A stretch of DNA of 64,000 nucleotides, from the NCBI GenBank assembly GCA_017453305.1, contig JAFTKJ010000025.1, forward strand, positions 392 to 64,391, given 5' to 3'. The translations under genes were made by a program, and so were the position numbers. The notes beneath the pieces are model-generated. The model ran no database searches. It saw only the letters and a program-made list of their open reading frames with translations, and was not told the origin of the DNA. This DNA comes from Clostridia bacterium. GTDB lineage: Bacteria > Bacillota > Clostridia > Oscillospirales > CAG-272. Below, one piece after another: positions 27,912 through 36,538 of the stretch. Position 1 is the stretch's first letter; every line of letters starts with the position of its first letter.

Positions 27912-29674
27912 TATTTTGCCTCCTCAATCATCATGATATCCAAATCGCCGATGTTGCAGGGAACAAAGCCGTTAACCAGAGCAAGGATAGCGATCCACTC
28001 GTTTGCTGCTTTTTCAATCGTACTGCATCCATTGTTGACTATTTGGTCATATTTATTATTAATTGCAAGCTTATCAGCCTTTGCCTTGCCGTTCTTCTTG
28101 TTCCAGAATACGAATACGACAACAGCGCAGATCAAACCGATGATAGCAACGGGAGCCGCATCTACTGCGAAGCAGATAGCGCCTACTACTGCGAGCACCA
28201 GAGCGATGATCAGCATAGCGGTGGGGGACTTAATGGTTGCAAGCTCTGCGTCACGCTTCTTGTTGACGTGAGCGGTGTAATCTTCCTTCATCTTGCCCTT
28301 GTTGGCACCGTCGGTGGTGTTACCCTTCCAATCGTCCACCTTAACGGTGATCTCCTGCGGGAAGTCGTCGCGCTTCTCACCGATGAACTTGTGGTAAGCG
28401 GGAACAATGTACTTGCTCAGGAATGCGCAAGAGGTCTTGCGTGCGGAAGCGAGGCTGCCGCTCTGATCGCCGGAGGTGATTGCCTGGGTCAACTGTTCTG
28501 CAAAGTTGATGGGCGGGTCAGCTCTCTTGATCTTTCTTGCCTGGATGATTCTCTTTGCAAGCTCTTCATCACCCTTCAGTCTCTTGATCTCAGACATGAG
28601 CTCTTCCTCTTCACGCAGAGGAGCCTCTTCGTCGTCAAACTTGCTGACCAGAGTGAGCAGCTCGTTGTCGATCATGTTAGCCAGCTTGGTCTTATCAACG
28701 GAAGCGTTTGCAATGCCTTCAAAGTGAGCAAAGATCTCGTCTACGGCGTTGATGCGCTTTACGTAAGCGTTGATGCGCTCAAACTCGGGGCAAACCTTTG
28801 CAAGGGTGGGGTAGGTCTCGTTGATGTCTACGCATCTGCTCTGGTAGAACTGTGCCCAGTAAGCAGCCTGCTCAGCAGCGAGAGAGCCGTTTTCGTCAAT
28901 TTCCTTCATCCACTGATCAACGTAGCTGTAGAAGTCACAGGTCTGCTTGATCTCTTCAGAGTTGGGATCGCCAAATACGCCGTTTACGTAAGCGTTGATG
29001 TAAACGATGATACTGCTGCGCATCATCTTTGCCTTTTGCATGCCAAAGTACATGTTGAGCCACTTGTAGCAAGCCAGGTTTCTTGCGTGGTTGACCTTTT
29101 CGTCGTCGGTGTTAGCAGCTCTGCGGCAAACCAGTGCGAAAACGAGAGCGGTCTTTTCCTTATCGCGGTTAAGGGCTTCCTTCAATGCGCGATCAGCAAG
29201 CTCCTTGTTGTCTGCGATCCATGCGGAGAGTGCAACTACGCAGGGAGCGAGCCAATACTTGGGAGTGGAGATCATCAACTGCTCGGAAGCGGTTGCGATG
29301 GTGTCGTTACGAACCAGGGCGAGATCGGTTGCCTGAAGGATACCGAGCATGGTGTTTCTGACCAGCTGATAGCTGCCGTACTTTTGCTCGAGCTCCTGGC
29401 GGATACGGATGATCTCGGTGAGTGCGCGCTGCAGGGCAGCTGCCATTCTCTGTTCCTTAACCATCTTTACAAAGCGGTCGCGCAGATCAGCCAATTGGCT
29501 ATCTACCTGATTGACTTTGCGGTCTACAAGGACCACATTGTCGTTGACGGTAATGAGGTTATTACCGATTTGCGTAGTCTGTGACTGCAAAGCAGATACA
29601 GCAGCAGCCGTGCGAGCAATGCTGTTGGATATGTTTGTCAGGTCAACATAACTAACTTGGACTTCATTTGACAT
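27911..29674 (-). CDS. 587-aa coiled-coil protein with C-proximal transmembrane hairpin, unknown family
   Basis: Strong RBS aaaggag; long helical N-region, charged EEEEL...KRLKGDEEL segment, two TM helices (AMLIIALVLAVVGAICFAV / APVAIIGLICAVVVFVFW), ~70-aa C-tail. Confidence 0.65.
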   Translation of the reverse strand: MSNEVQVSYVDLTNISNSIARTAAAVSALQSQTTQIGNNLITVNDNVVLVDRKVNQVDSQLADLRDRFVKMVKEQRMAAALQRALTEIIRIRQELEQKYGSYQLVRNTMLGILQATDLALVRNDTIATASEQLMISTPKYWLAPCVVALSAWIADNKELADRALKEALNRDKEKTALVFALVCRRAANTDDEKVNHARNLACYKWLNMYFGMQKAKMMRSSIIVYINAYVNGVFGDPNSEEIKQTCDFYSYVDQWMKEIDENGSLAAEQAAYWAQFYQSRCVDINETYPTLAKVCPEFERINAYVKRINAVDEIFAHFEGIANASVDKTKLANMIDNELLTLVSKFDDEEAPLREEEELMSEIKRLKGDEELAKRIIQARKIKRADPPINFAEQLTQAITSGDQSGSLASARKTSCAFLSKYIVPAYHKFIGEKRDDFPQEITVKVDDWKGNTTDGANKGKMKEDYTAHVNKKRDAELATIKSPTAMLIIALVLAVVGAICFAVDAAPVAIIGLICAVVVFVFWNKKNGKAKADKLAINNKYDQIVNNGCSTIEKAANEWIAILALVNGFVPCNIGDLDIMMIEEAK

Positions 29675-29732
29675 GAAAACGTCACTCCTTTATATAATTT
29701 TTTGGGGCACAAAATAAATTTGGTGGACGCGA

Positions 29733-30542
29733 TTATCCCATCTTTTCCAGAATCTGCGCCTCCAGTTTGTTGTAGGCGGTGAGGAATTTTTGCCTCATCT
29801 CCTCATCCTGCATTGCTTCAATCACGTCACCAATGGGGTGGACGTAGGTGTGCAGGAAGCGCTGGGTTTTGTTGCGCAGATAGAAGGTTTCGTTGGGATA
29901 GGGGGAATCGGGGTTGGTTCTGATTGAAGAGAGCAATGCATAGCAGGTTTTTGGAATATTGCAATCTTGGGCAAGCTCCATGTAAATGTCTGCCAGCTCT
30001 TGGGTCAGGTAATCGATGGAATTGCGCTTTGCGATGACGGAAGGGGAGAAGGCGTCTACGAATGCGCAGAGCTCTTCGCTTGTCTGAGCATTGCCGCGGA
30101 CCAGATCCAAAATCTGCTCCTCATGCTCGCTCAGGCGTGCCGGGGAGGCGAGGAAAAACTCCTTGAGGGTGTTGATCTCGTCCTCGTCCAACGGTTCACT
30201 TTGCTGCTCGACCAGGCGCTCCTCGAAAAAGTTGTACAACGCTTTTTCTTTGCGGTTTTTTGCAATAAAACGGTCGTAAAAAGCCAGGATATACTTTGCA
30301 GGTGCATTGTCTACCGCATAAGCAAGAGCACCCTGCGCGCATTCCACCGCACGGTCGAATTCACGGTTCAGGAAATACTCGGTCGCCTTTTTGACGTTGC
30401 TTTGTACAGACGGACCTGCGTTGATCTCTTTACGGGGGATGTGTACCAGCTGATGACACCAATCGCAACGGCACGTACGCGTTTTGAGGTCGATGTTCAA
30501 CGAGGCGTTACAATTCCCACAGCTATAGGGTATTGCGTCCAT
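29733..30542 (-). CDS. YdjG-like protein: N-terminal zinc ribbon + helical (TPR-like) domain
   Basis: YSCGNCNASLNIDLKTRTCRCDWCHQ; RBS aggggagg; 269 aa. Confidence 0.55.
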   Translation of the reverse strand: MDAIPYSCGNCNASLNIDLKTRTCRCDWCHQLVHIPRKEINAGPSVQSNVKKATEYFLNREFDRAVECAQGALAYAVDNAPAKYILAFYDRFIAKNRKEKALYNFFEERLVEQQSEPLDEDEINTLKEFFLASPARLSEHEEQILDLVRGNAQTSEELCAFVDAFSPSVIAKRNSIDYLTQELADIYMELAQDCNIPKTCYALLSSIRTNPDSPYPNETFYLRNKTQRFLHTYVHPIGDVIEAMQDEEMRQKFLTAYNKLEAQILEKMG

Positions 30543-30553
30543 AAGACCTCCCC

Positions 30554-31258
30554 TTACTTCGAAACACTCAACATCGTGTTTCTCGTTTTGAGAGTGACCT
30601 TAGCGGATTTGATCTTTTTCAGGATTGCTTCGGGCTCTTCCTCTTCGTCGATCATTGTTTGAATTTCAATGACCTGCATACGGAAGCGGCTCTCCAGCTC
30701 CTTGGTTTCGGCATTGCCGATGATATTACTGTATTCTACGGCTTGGCAAAGCACCTTGAGCTCTGCCTTGACCTCCGCATTTTCGGAAAGGTCTGCCATT
30801 CCGGTGATCTGAATTGCCAGACCGTCCAGCATTGCGGCACCGCCGTACAGCTCCTTGTCGTTTTGTGCAATGCGGCCGGATGCGTAGAAAATGAATACCA
30901 TCGCAGCAGCATATACGAGAAGGATGAGGATGTTTGGAAGAACGACGACCAAACGGTTGTCACCCTTGGAGATGATAACGAAGATCGTGTTCAGGATCAA
31001 CGAAACGATAAAGTAAACGCCGGTATACAAAAGGGCAGGGGTTCTTGACGAAATGGAAGCGTCTTTGTCTCCGGGTGCGAGGGCTGCCATTGCCGCTGTG
31101 ATGACAAAGGCGATCATCGCAAAGGTGTAACCGCCCCAGAAGAGGAATTCGCGGTTATCGGGATTGGAGAGCATAAAGACCAAAAGATTCCAGATAGCGG
31201 CGATGATCACAACGAAGATCATCGAGCTGAGACGAAAACGAAGCTTTTTAATTTTCAT
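30554..31258 (-). CDS. YdjH-like integral membrane protein (4 TM + cytoplasmic C-domain)
   Basis: 234 aa; RBS aaggag; position between SPFH and Zn-ribbon genes mirrors ydjH. Confidence 0.5.
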   Translation of the reverse strand: MKIKKLRFRLSSMIFVVIIAAIWNLLVFMLSNPDNREFLFWGGYTFAMIAFVITAAMAALAPGDKDASISSRTPALLYTGVYFIVSLILNTIFVIISKGDNRLVVVLPNILILLVYAAAMVFIFYASGRIAQNDKELYGGAAMLDGLAIQITGMADLSENAEVKAELKVLCQAVEYSNIIGNAETKELESRFRMQVIEIQTMIDEEEEPEAILKKIKSAKVTLKTRNTMLSVSK

Positions 31259-31276
31259 TACGGTATCTCCTTTTCT

Positions 31277-32725
31277 TTAGCCTTGTTGTGTGGGGGTTCC
31301 GCAGTTGTCACAGAATTTTGTACCGGGAGTCAGCTCCTTGCCGCAGCTTGTGCAGATCACTGCAAGGCGTGTGCCACAGTTGCCGCAGAACTTTGCGCCT
31401 GCGGGGAGCTCGTTACCGCAATTGGGGCAATGGTTGCCTTGCGGCTCTGCCTTCATGCCGCAGTTGGGACAAAACTTGGTGCCGGCGGGAAGAATGTTTC
31501 CGCAATTTTTGCAGGGGATACCTGCGGGAGCGACCTTTTGTCCGCAACCGGAGCAGAACTGTGCGCCTGCGGGAACGGGAGCGCCGCAATTGGAGCAGGG
31601 AGTACCTGCACCCTGTGCTTGCTGTGCGCCGGGGTTCATTGCGTTCATTGTACTTTGTGCCATGTTATCCATGCCCATGCCAAACGCTTTTCCCATACCA
31701 ACGCCCATGCCAAGTCCCATGCCTGCTCCCATAAAGTCGGAGCCGGAGCCGGTGTTGGCGGCGGCGGTCTTCATGACGTCAAAGCCCTTTTCCTGCTGAT
31801 AGGTGTAGCCCATCATGCGCATCTTTTTGGCTTCAGCCTCTGCAAGACGCTCCATGCGAATGGCTTCTGCCTCTGCCTCTGCCTGCGCAGTACCAATGGA
31901 CTGCTTTGCGGTAGCTGCCTTGAGGCGTTCCTCGTTGATGGGAGCCAGATCCTCGTCCGGCGCCATGATATCCATAAAGGAGAAGTCATGAATGACAACG
32001 CCGAATTCACTGAAGTAGGGAACCAGCTTTTCCTGAATGGTGGAAGCAAGCTTTTCGCGATTTTCGTGGATATTGAGAATGCCGATCTGCTTTTCCGCCA
32101 TGGTGGAAGCCAAGGTGTTGGAAAGTGCATCGGGAATCTTAATGCTCAAATATTCCTCAAGATCTTGCGTGGTAAATACCTTTTGGGTTCCTACAACGCG
32201 CTCCAGGAACTTCTTTGCATCATCGATACCGTCCTCGTTTTCGCGGATGGTGCCGATGTGTGCCGAGAAATAACCGTGTGCACGAACGTGAATTTCAACG
32301 TTGTAAACGGGGTCGCTCATTCTGATCGGTGCGGGAGTGCCCCACTTGGTGGGACGCAGACGGATCAGGTTGATGAAATAGACCTCGCAATGGTAGATGG
32401 TCTGTCCGCCCGTAGCCATACGGGTCATGCCGTTCATGCCTGCAATGTTGTTGCTGTCCAGAACCCATCTGCCGGAGCCGAGGGAACGCTCAGCCTTACC
32501 ATCGCGGAAGATGACTGCAACCTGCGACTCGTGAACGATCAAAACAGATTGATCGTTAAAATCCTCGATATCGTGCTTGTAAGCAACGATGTCGCGGCTT
32601 TGCGGATCATCCGGATCCCATTTGATCACGCTTAAAATACCTTTTTGGATTTTGCGGTCGATTTCGCCCTGCTCGGAGGGAGTAGTTTTACGAAACGCCG
32701 ACTTGATTGAACTGATAATACCCAT
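31277..32725 (-). CDS. SPFH/Band-7 family protein (YdjI-like) with Met/Gly-rich linker and four tandem C-terminal zinc ribbons
   Basis: N-domain KWDPDD..IVAYKHDIEDF..LIVHESQVAVIFRDGK aligns to B. subtilis YdjI (VEWEEFRDDMIFYKW..LIIRPGQDAVFLNNGR); GMG-rich linker; 8 CxxCG motifs (CSNCG, CSGCG, CKNCG, CPNCG, CPNCG, CGNCG, CTSCG, CDNCG). Confidence 0.8.
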   Translation of the reverse strand: MGIISSIKSAFRKTTPSEQGEIDRKIQKGILSVIKWDPDDPQSRDIVAYKHDIEDFNDQSVLIVHESQVAVIFRDGKAERSLGSGRWVLDSNNIAGMNGMTRMATGGQTIYHCEVYFINLIRLRPTKWGTPAPIRMSDPVYNVEIHVRAHGYFSAHIGTIRENEDGIDDAKKFLERVVGTQKVFTTQDLEEYLSIKIPDALSNTLASTMAEKQIGILNIHENREKLASTIQEKLVPYFSEFGVVIHDFSFMDIMAPDEDLAPINEERLKAATAKQSIGTAQAEAEAEAIRMERLAEAEAKKMRMMGYTYQQEKGFDVMKTAAANTGSGSDFMGAGMGLGMGVGMGKAFGMGMDNMAQSTMNAMNPGAQQAQGAGTPCSNCGAPVPAGAQFCSGCGQKVAPAGIPCKNCGNILPAGTKFCPNCGMKAEPQGNHCPNCGNELPAGAKFCGNCGTRLAVICTSCGKELTPGTKFCDNCGTPTQQG

Positions 32726-32775
32726 AGCGATCTCCTTTGTAAAAAAATGGAATGCGATGTAAAATCTACATATTA

Positions 32776-32803
32776 ATTATAGCACTTTTTTGAATTATGT
32801 CAA
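32776..32803 (-). promoter_or_regulatory. sigma-A type promoter of the SPFH operon (TTGACA-16-TATAAT)
   Basis: minus strand ttgacataattcaaaaaagtgctataat. Confidence 0.5.
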
Positions 32804-32856
32804 CAGTATTTTGACAAAAACTGTCGAAAAATGGCAAAAAAGTTCACAAAATACAA

Positions 32857-32895
32857 AACGAGTCTCCTCAATTGACGTCTTGAGGAGACTCGTTT
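32857..32895 (-). terminator. terminator of aldose-epimerase-like gene, insulating SPFH operon
   Basis: cgagtctcctcaa-ttgacgtc-ttgaggagactcg, T-rich on minus side. Confidence 0.55.
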
Positions 32896-32897
32896 GT

Positions 32898-33815
32898 TCA
32901 GTTGATTTTAATGGCGGTGCGATAGCACTTTGTTTCATGCGGTAAGATCTCCACCAAGCCGTGCTGCATGGCACCTCCGGGGAGGCGGAAGCAATCGATT
33001 GCCGTGGTTTGCGGCTCGCAGACAAAAAAGCTTCCGTCGGCGGTTTGATACAGCATACGATACGTAAATTGCGTATCGGCACTGTAGGTCAGGCAAAGCC
33101 CTGTGGAAAGGTCGGTCAACGTCATGTCGCCGCCTGCTTCGTAGAATGCGGAAAGATGCTTGCCATAGGGGATATATTCTCCGTTTTGCATTTCCCACTC
33201 GCGTGCACCTTCCTCGCGGAACTCACCCGTGGGGATAAAGCTTTCGGTGCGCAGCTCCTCTCTGCCAACCTGCAGGCGTACGCGGTGATCGACCGAGCGT
33301 GAGCCTTTGATCAGGGGCAGATTGAAGGTGGTGTGATACGCCAGCATAAAGGGCATGACCTCGTCGGAATCATTGGTGATCTCGTCGGTCTCGCACAAGC
33401 CGTTTTCGTTGAGCGTATAGCTTCTGACAAAGGTGAACGCATGCGGAAAGCCGATGTATTCTCCTGCCTTTGCGCGATAGACCAGGCGAACGCTGTCTGT
33501 GCTTTTCGCTTCTACCTCAAACGGCATGCGCCACAGCGCCCCGTGAATGTGACAGCCCGTGGAGGGCTCATTGAGGGGGAGGGTGTACTCTTTACCGCGA
33601 AAGGTGAATTTTGCGCCAAGGATACGGTTTGGCGGAAAGAGCGGTGGATTGCCGTAAAGATAGACGTTTTGTGACAATTCCTCCTCATCCCGGGGCGTGC
33701 GCAAAATATTTGCGTCGGTAGGTTTGTGGATCAAGCGATAGCAGATCCCTCCGCGTGAAGAGGAGACGTCTGCTTCATAGCCGCCGCCACAAAGATGTAT
33801 GTCGGTTGAGATCAT
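32898..33815 (-). CDS. aldose 1-epimerase family protein (galactose-mutarotase-like)
   Basis: 305 aa; beta-sandwich mutarotase-like pattern; assignment by overall similarity from memory. Confidence 0.5.
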   Translation of the reverse strand: MISTDIHLCGGGYEADVSSSRGGICYRLIHKPTDANILRTPRDEEELSQNVYLYGNPPLFPPNRILGAKFTFRGKEYTLPLNEPSTGCHIHGALWRMPFEVEAKSTDSVRLVYRAKAGEYIGFPHAFTFVRSYTLNENGLCETDEITNDSDEVMPFMLAYHTTFNLPLIKGSRSVDHRVRLQVGREELRTESFIPTGEFREEGAREWEMQNGEYIPYGKHLSAFYEAGGDMTLTDLSTGLCLTYSADTQFTYRMLYQTADGSFFVCEPQTTAIDCFRLPGGAMQHGLVEILPHETKCYRTAIKIN

Positions 33816-33894
33816 AAGTGCCTCCTTTGAAAGTGACGTGTTTGGAAGGGAGAGGAAAACCTCTTTGCTGAAAGCTTTCCCCTGAAAGCTCCTC

Positions 33895-36510
33895 TTATCG
33901 GAATTCCGTCACGGCGTCGTCAAGATAGACGTGCGTACGGAGAATGGAGTAGGACTCCTTGGTAGGGTCGCCCGAAAGGATGCCGCACTTTTCCCTGGCG
34001 GCGGTGATCAAAAGCTCGGGATTGAGGTGCTCGACGTTGCCCGCGCGGAGCGTTGCGCAAATGCGGATCTTGCCATCCTCGGGGGATGTGACAGAAACCT
34101 TGCGGATCAGGGGGATCAGATCGACCTCCTTCTCACCCGACTTTGATTTTTTGGTCATCGTCAAGGGGGAGGTGGAGTACAGTGCTTGGAGCTCCTGCGC
34201 TTTTTGCGCGTTGGCACCCTCAAAGCGGAGCACCATTTCGTAGCTTGCCCAAGCAATGTCGGCAAATTTGCTTGTGGGTACGTAAGCATCGAGGATTTGC
34301 ATCTCCTCTGTCAACTCGCGGTTGAGCAGTTCCTTAACCTCCTCACATGGGATATCACGGTCTACGCGCAGGTCGATGAACTCGCACTCACTTTCGGTTC
34401 CCACCGAAAGGGGAAGTCCAAATACCACCTTGGCGTGAGGATTAAAGCCCTGCGTGTACCACATGGGAATGTTGGCGCGTACCAGGACGCGCGCAATGGT
34501 GCGTTGCAGATCCAGGTGCGAGATGTACTGCAGGTCACCAACCTTGCGGAATTTGATGCGCACGTTACGGAATTCCTCCAAGGGCTTCCATGCGCTCTTA
34601 TCCTGCTTTTGCGGCAGAGGCGTATCGCTCTTTGCTTGTTCCGTCTCCTTGCATCCGGGGCAGACCGCGCGTACACCGCCAAGCTTGTTGGCACCGCATG
34701 CCGAGCAATGCTCACGGCAGTTTGGCGTGGTACTCGCGGCATATGCTTTTTCACGCTCGCGCAGGAAAAATTCCTTGCTTACGCCGCAGTCGATGATATC
34801 CCAGGGCAGGATCTCATCCGTGCTAAATTTGCGGTTGGCATAAAATGCAGGGTCAACGCCCGTGCGCTCGAATACCGAGAGCCATTTGTCATAGTCAAAG
34901 TACTCGTCCCAAGCGTCAAAGCAAAAGCCCTCGTTGCATGCAAGCTCCAACGCATCGGCAAGGCGGCGGTCACCGCGTGCCAACACAGCCTCTATGCGAG
35001 ATACCTTTGCATCGTGATGTTGATAGCGTACGTGCTTGTTTTTGATCTTGGTTTTCAGATATTCCTGCTTTTCTGCAAGCATTTCCATGGTGTCCTGTGC
35101 CTCCCACTGGAAGGGGGTAAAGGGCTTTGGAATGAAGCAGGAAACGCTGACTGTGACCTGCACGGGACGGGATTTGTTACGGTTGGGGTTTTGATAGTAG
35201 GCATCCACTACGTGCTCGGCAAGGGTTGCAATGCCTTCAATGTCCTCAAGCGTTTCGGTGGGGAGTCCGTTCATAAAATAAAGCTTTACAGCATTCTTTT
35301 TGGCGTCAAACGCAACGTTTACCGCACGCATGACGTCCTCCTCGTGCACGTTTTTGTTGATGACGTCACGCAATCTTTGCGTGCCTGCTTCGGGAGCGAA
35401 GGTCAGGGAGGAGGAACGCACCGACTCAATGCGGCGCATCAGATCCTTGTTAAAGCTGTCCACGCGCAAAGAGGGGAGTGAAAGGCTGACCATATTGTCG
35501 TCAGTCCAATTGAGAAGCTTATCACACAACGGTTCAAGAGCGGTATAATCGCTGATGGAGAGGGAGGAGAGCGAGATCTCCTCGTACCCCGTGGAGTTAT
35601 AAAGTGCTTTTGCTTGATGATTGAGCACGTCCGCACTCTTTTCACGCACGGGGCGGTAGATCATACCCGCTTGGCAGAAGCGGCAGCCGCGGATGCATCC
35701 GCGGTAGACCTCCAGCATAATGCGGTCGTGTACCGTTTCAATGTAAGGCATGACCACACGGTCGGGGAAATAGACCGTGTCCAGATCCTTGATGATCTGT
35801 TTTTCCACACGCGTGGGGATATCGTCGTAAATGGGAGTGTATGCCTTGATGGTGCCATCCTCGTTGTAGCTTACCTCGTACAAGGAGGGAACGTAAACAC
35901 CGCGAATGGTCTTTGCAGCCTCGTGCAAAAAGGCTTGGCGAGTGTAAGTACCATCGTCCTTCATTTTGATGTAAAGACGTACGATTTCGGGGAGCATGTC
36001 CTCACCTTCACCGATGTTGAACAGATCGAAGAAATCTGCAATCGGCTCGGGGTTGTATGCGCACGGACCGCCGCCCACGATGATGGGATCGTTTTCGCCT
36101 CTGTCACACGTGCGCAGGGGGAGTTTTGCTAAGGAGAGCATATTGAGCACGTTGGTGTAGCTCATTTCATATTGCAGGGTAAAGCCAATGAAGTCGAACG
36201 CCGAGAGCGGGTCGCCGCTTTCCAACGCTGTCAATGGCAGGTTATGCTCGCGCATTTTCTCCTGCATGTCTGCCCACGGGTCAAATACGCGCTCGCACCA
36301 AATATCCTCGTGCTGATTGAGAGAGCCGTAAAGCAGTCGCATGCCAAGATTTGACATGCCGATCTCGTAGGTGTCGGGAAAACAGAAGGCAAAGCGCGCC
36401 TTAACGGCGGTAGGGTCTTTTATAATTTGTCCGTACTCGCCGCCGGCATATCTTCCGGGCTTGGAAACGGATTTGAGAATGGTACTGTTTGGTTTGGTAG
36501 AATGATTCAT
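33895..36510 (-). CDS. B12-binding-like radical SAM protein fused to DUF2344 (TIGR03960-TIGR03936 fusion)
   Basis: 871 aa; CIRGCRFCQAG radical-SAM cluster motif; N-terminal B12-like domain; C-terminal ~250 aa DUF2344-like. Confidence 0.75.
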   Translation of the reverse strand: MNHSTKPNSTILKSVSKPGRYAGGEYGQIIKDPTAVKARFAFCFPDTYEIGMSNLGMRLLYGSLNQHEDIWCERVFDPWADMQEKMREHNLPLTALESGDPLSAFDFIGFTLQYEMSYTNVLNMLSLAKLPLRTCDRGENDPIIVGGGPCAYNPEPIADFFDLFNIGEGEDMLPEIVRLYIKMKDDGTYTRQAFLHEAAKTIRGVYVPSLYEVSYNEDGTIKAYTPIYDDIPTRVEKQIIKDLDTVYFPDRVVMPYIETVHDRIMLEVYRGCIRGCRFCQAGMIYRPVREKSADVLNHQAKALYNSTGYEEISLSSLSISDYTALEPLCDKLLNWTDDNMVSLSLPSLRVDSFNKDLMRRIESVRSSSLTFAPEAGTQRLRDVINKNVHEEDVMRAVNVAFDAKKNAVKLYFMNGLPTETLEDIEGIATLAEHVVDAYYQNPNRNKSRPVQVTVSVSCFIPKPFTPFQWEAQDTMEMLAEKQEYLKTKIKNKHVRYQHHDAKVSRIEAVLARGDRRLADALELACNEGFCFDAWDEYFDYDKWLSVFERTGVDPAFYANRKFSTDEILPWDIIDCGVSKEFFLREREKAYAASTTPNCREHCSACGANKLGGVRAVCPGCKETEQAKSDTPLPQKQDKSAWKPLEEFRNVRIKFRKVGDLQYISHLDLQRTIARVLVRANIPMWYTQGFNPHAKVVFGLPLSVGTESECEFIDLRVDRDIPCEEVKELLNRELTEEMQILDAYVPTSKFADIAWASYEMVLRFEGANAQKAQELQALYSTSPLTMTKKSKSGEKEVDLIPLIRKVSVTSPEDGKIRICATLRAGNVEHLNPELLITAAREKCGILSGDPTKESYSILRTHVYLDDAVTEFR

Positions 36511-36538
36511 TATTGATCCTCTTTCTCTGTGCGCAGTT

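Noticed and set aside
28043-29584. 513-aa plus-strand ORF
   Set aside because: Antisense to the 587-aa SPFH-operon gene, whose frame carries the RBS and translational coupling; shadow ORF.
31283-32635. 450-aa plus-strand ORF
   Set aside because: Antisense to the SPFH/YdjI-like gene; shadow ORF.
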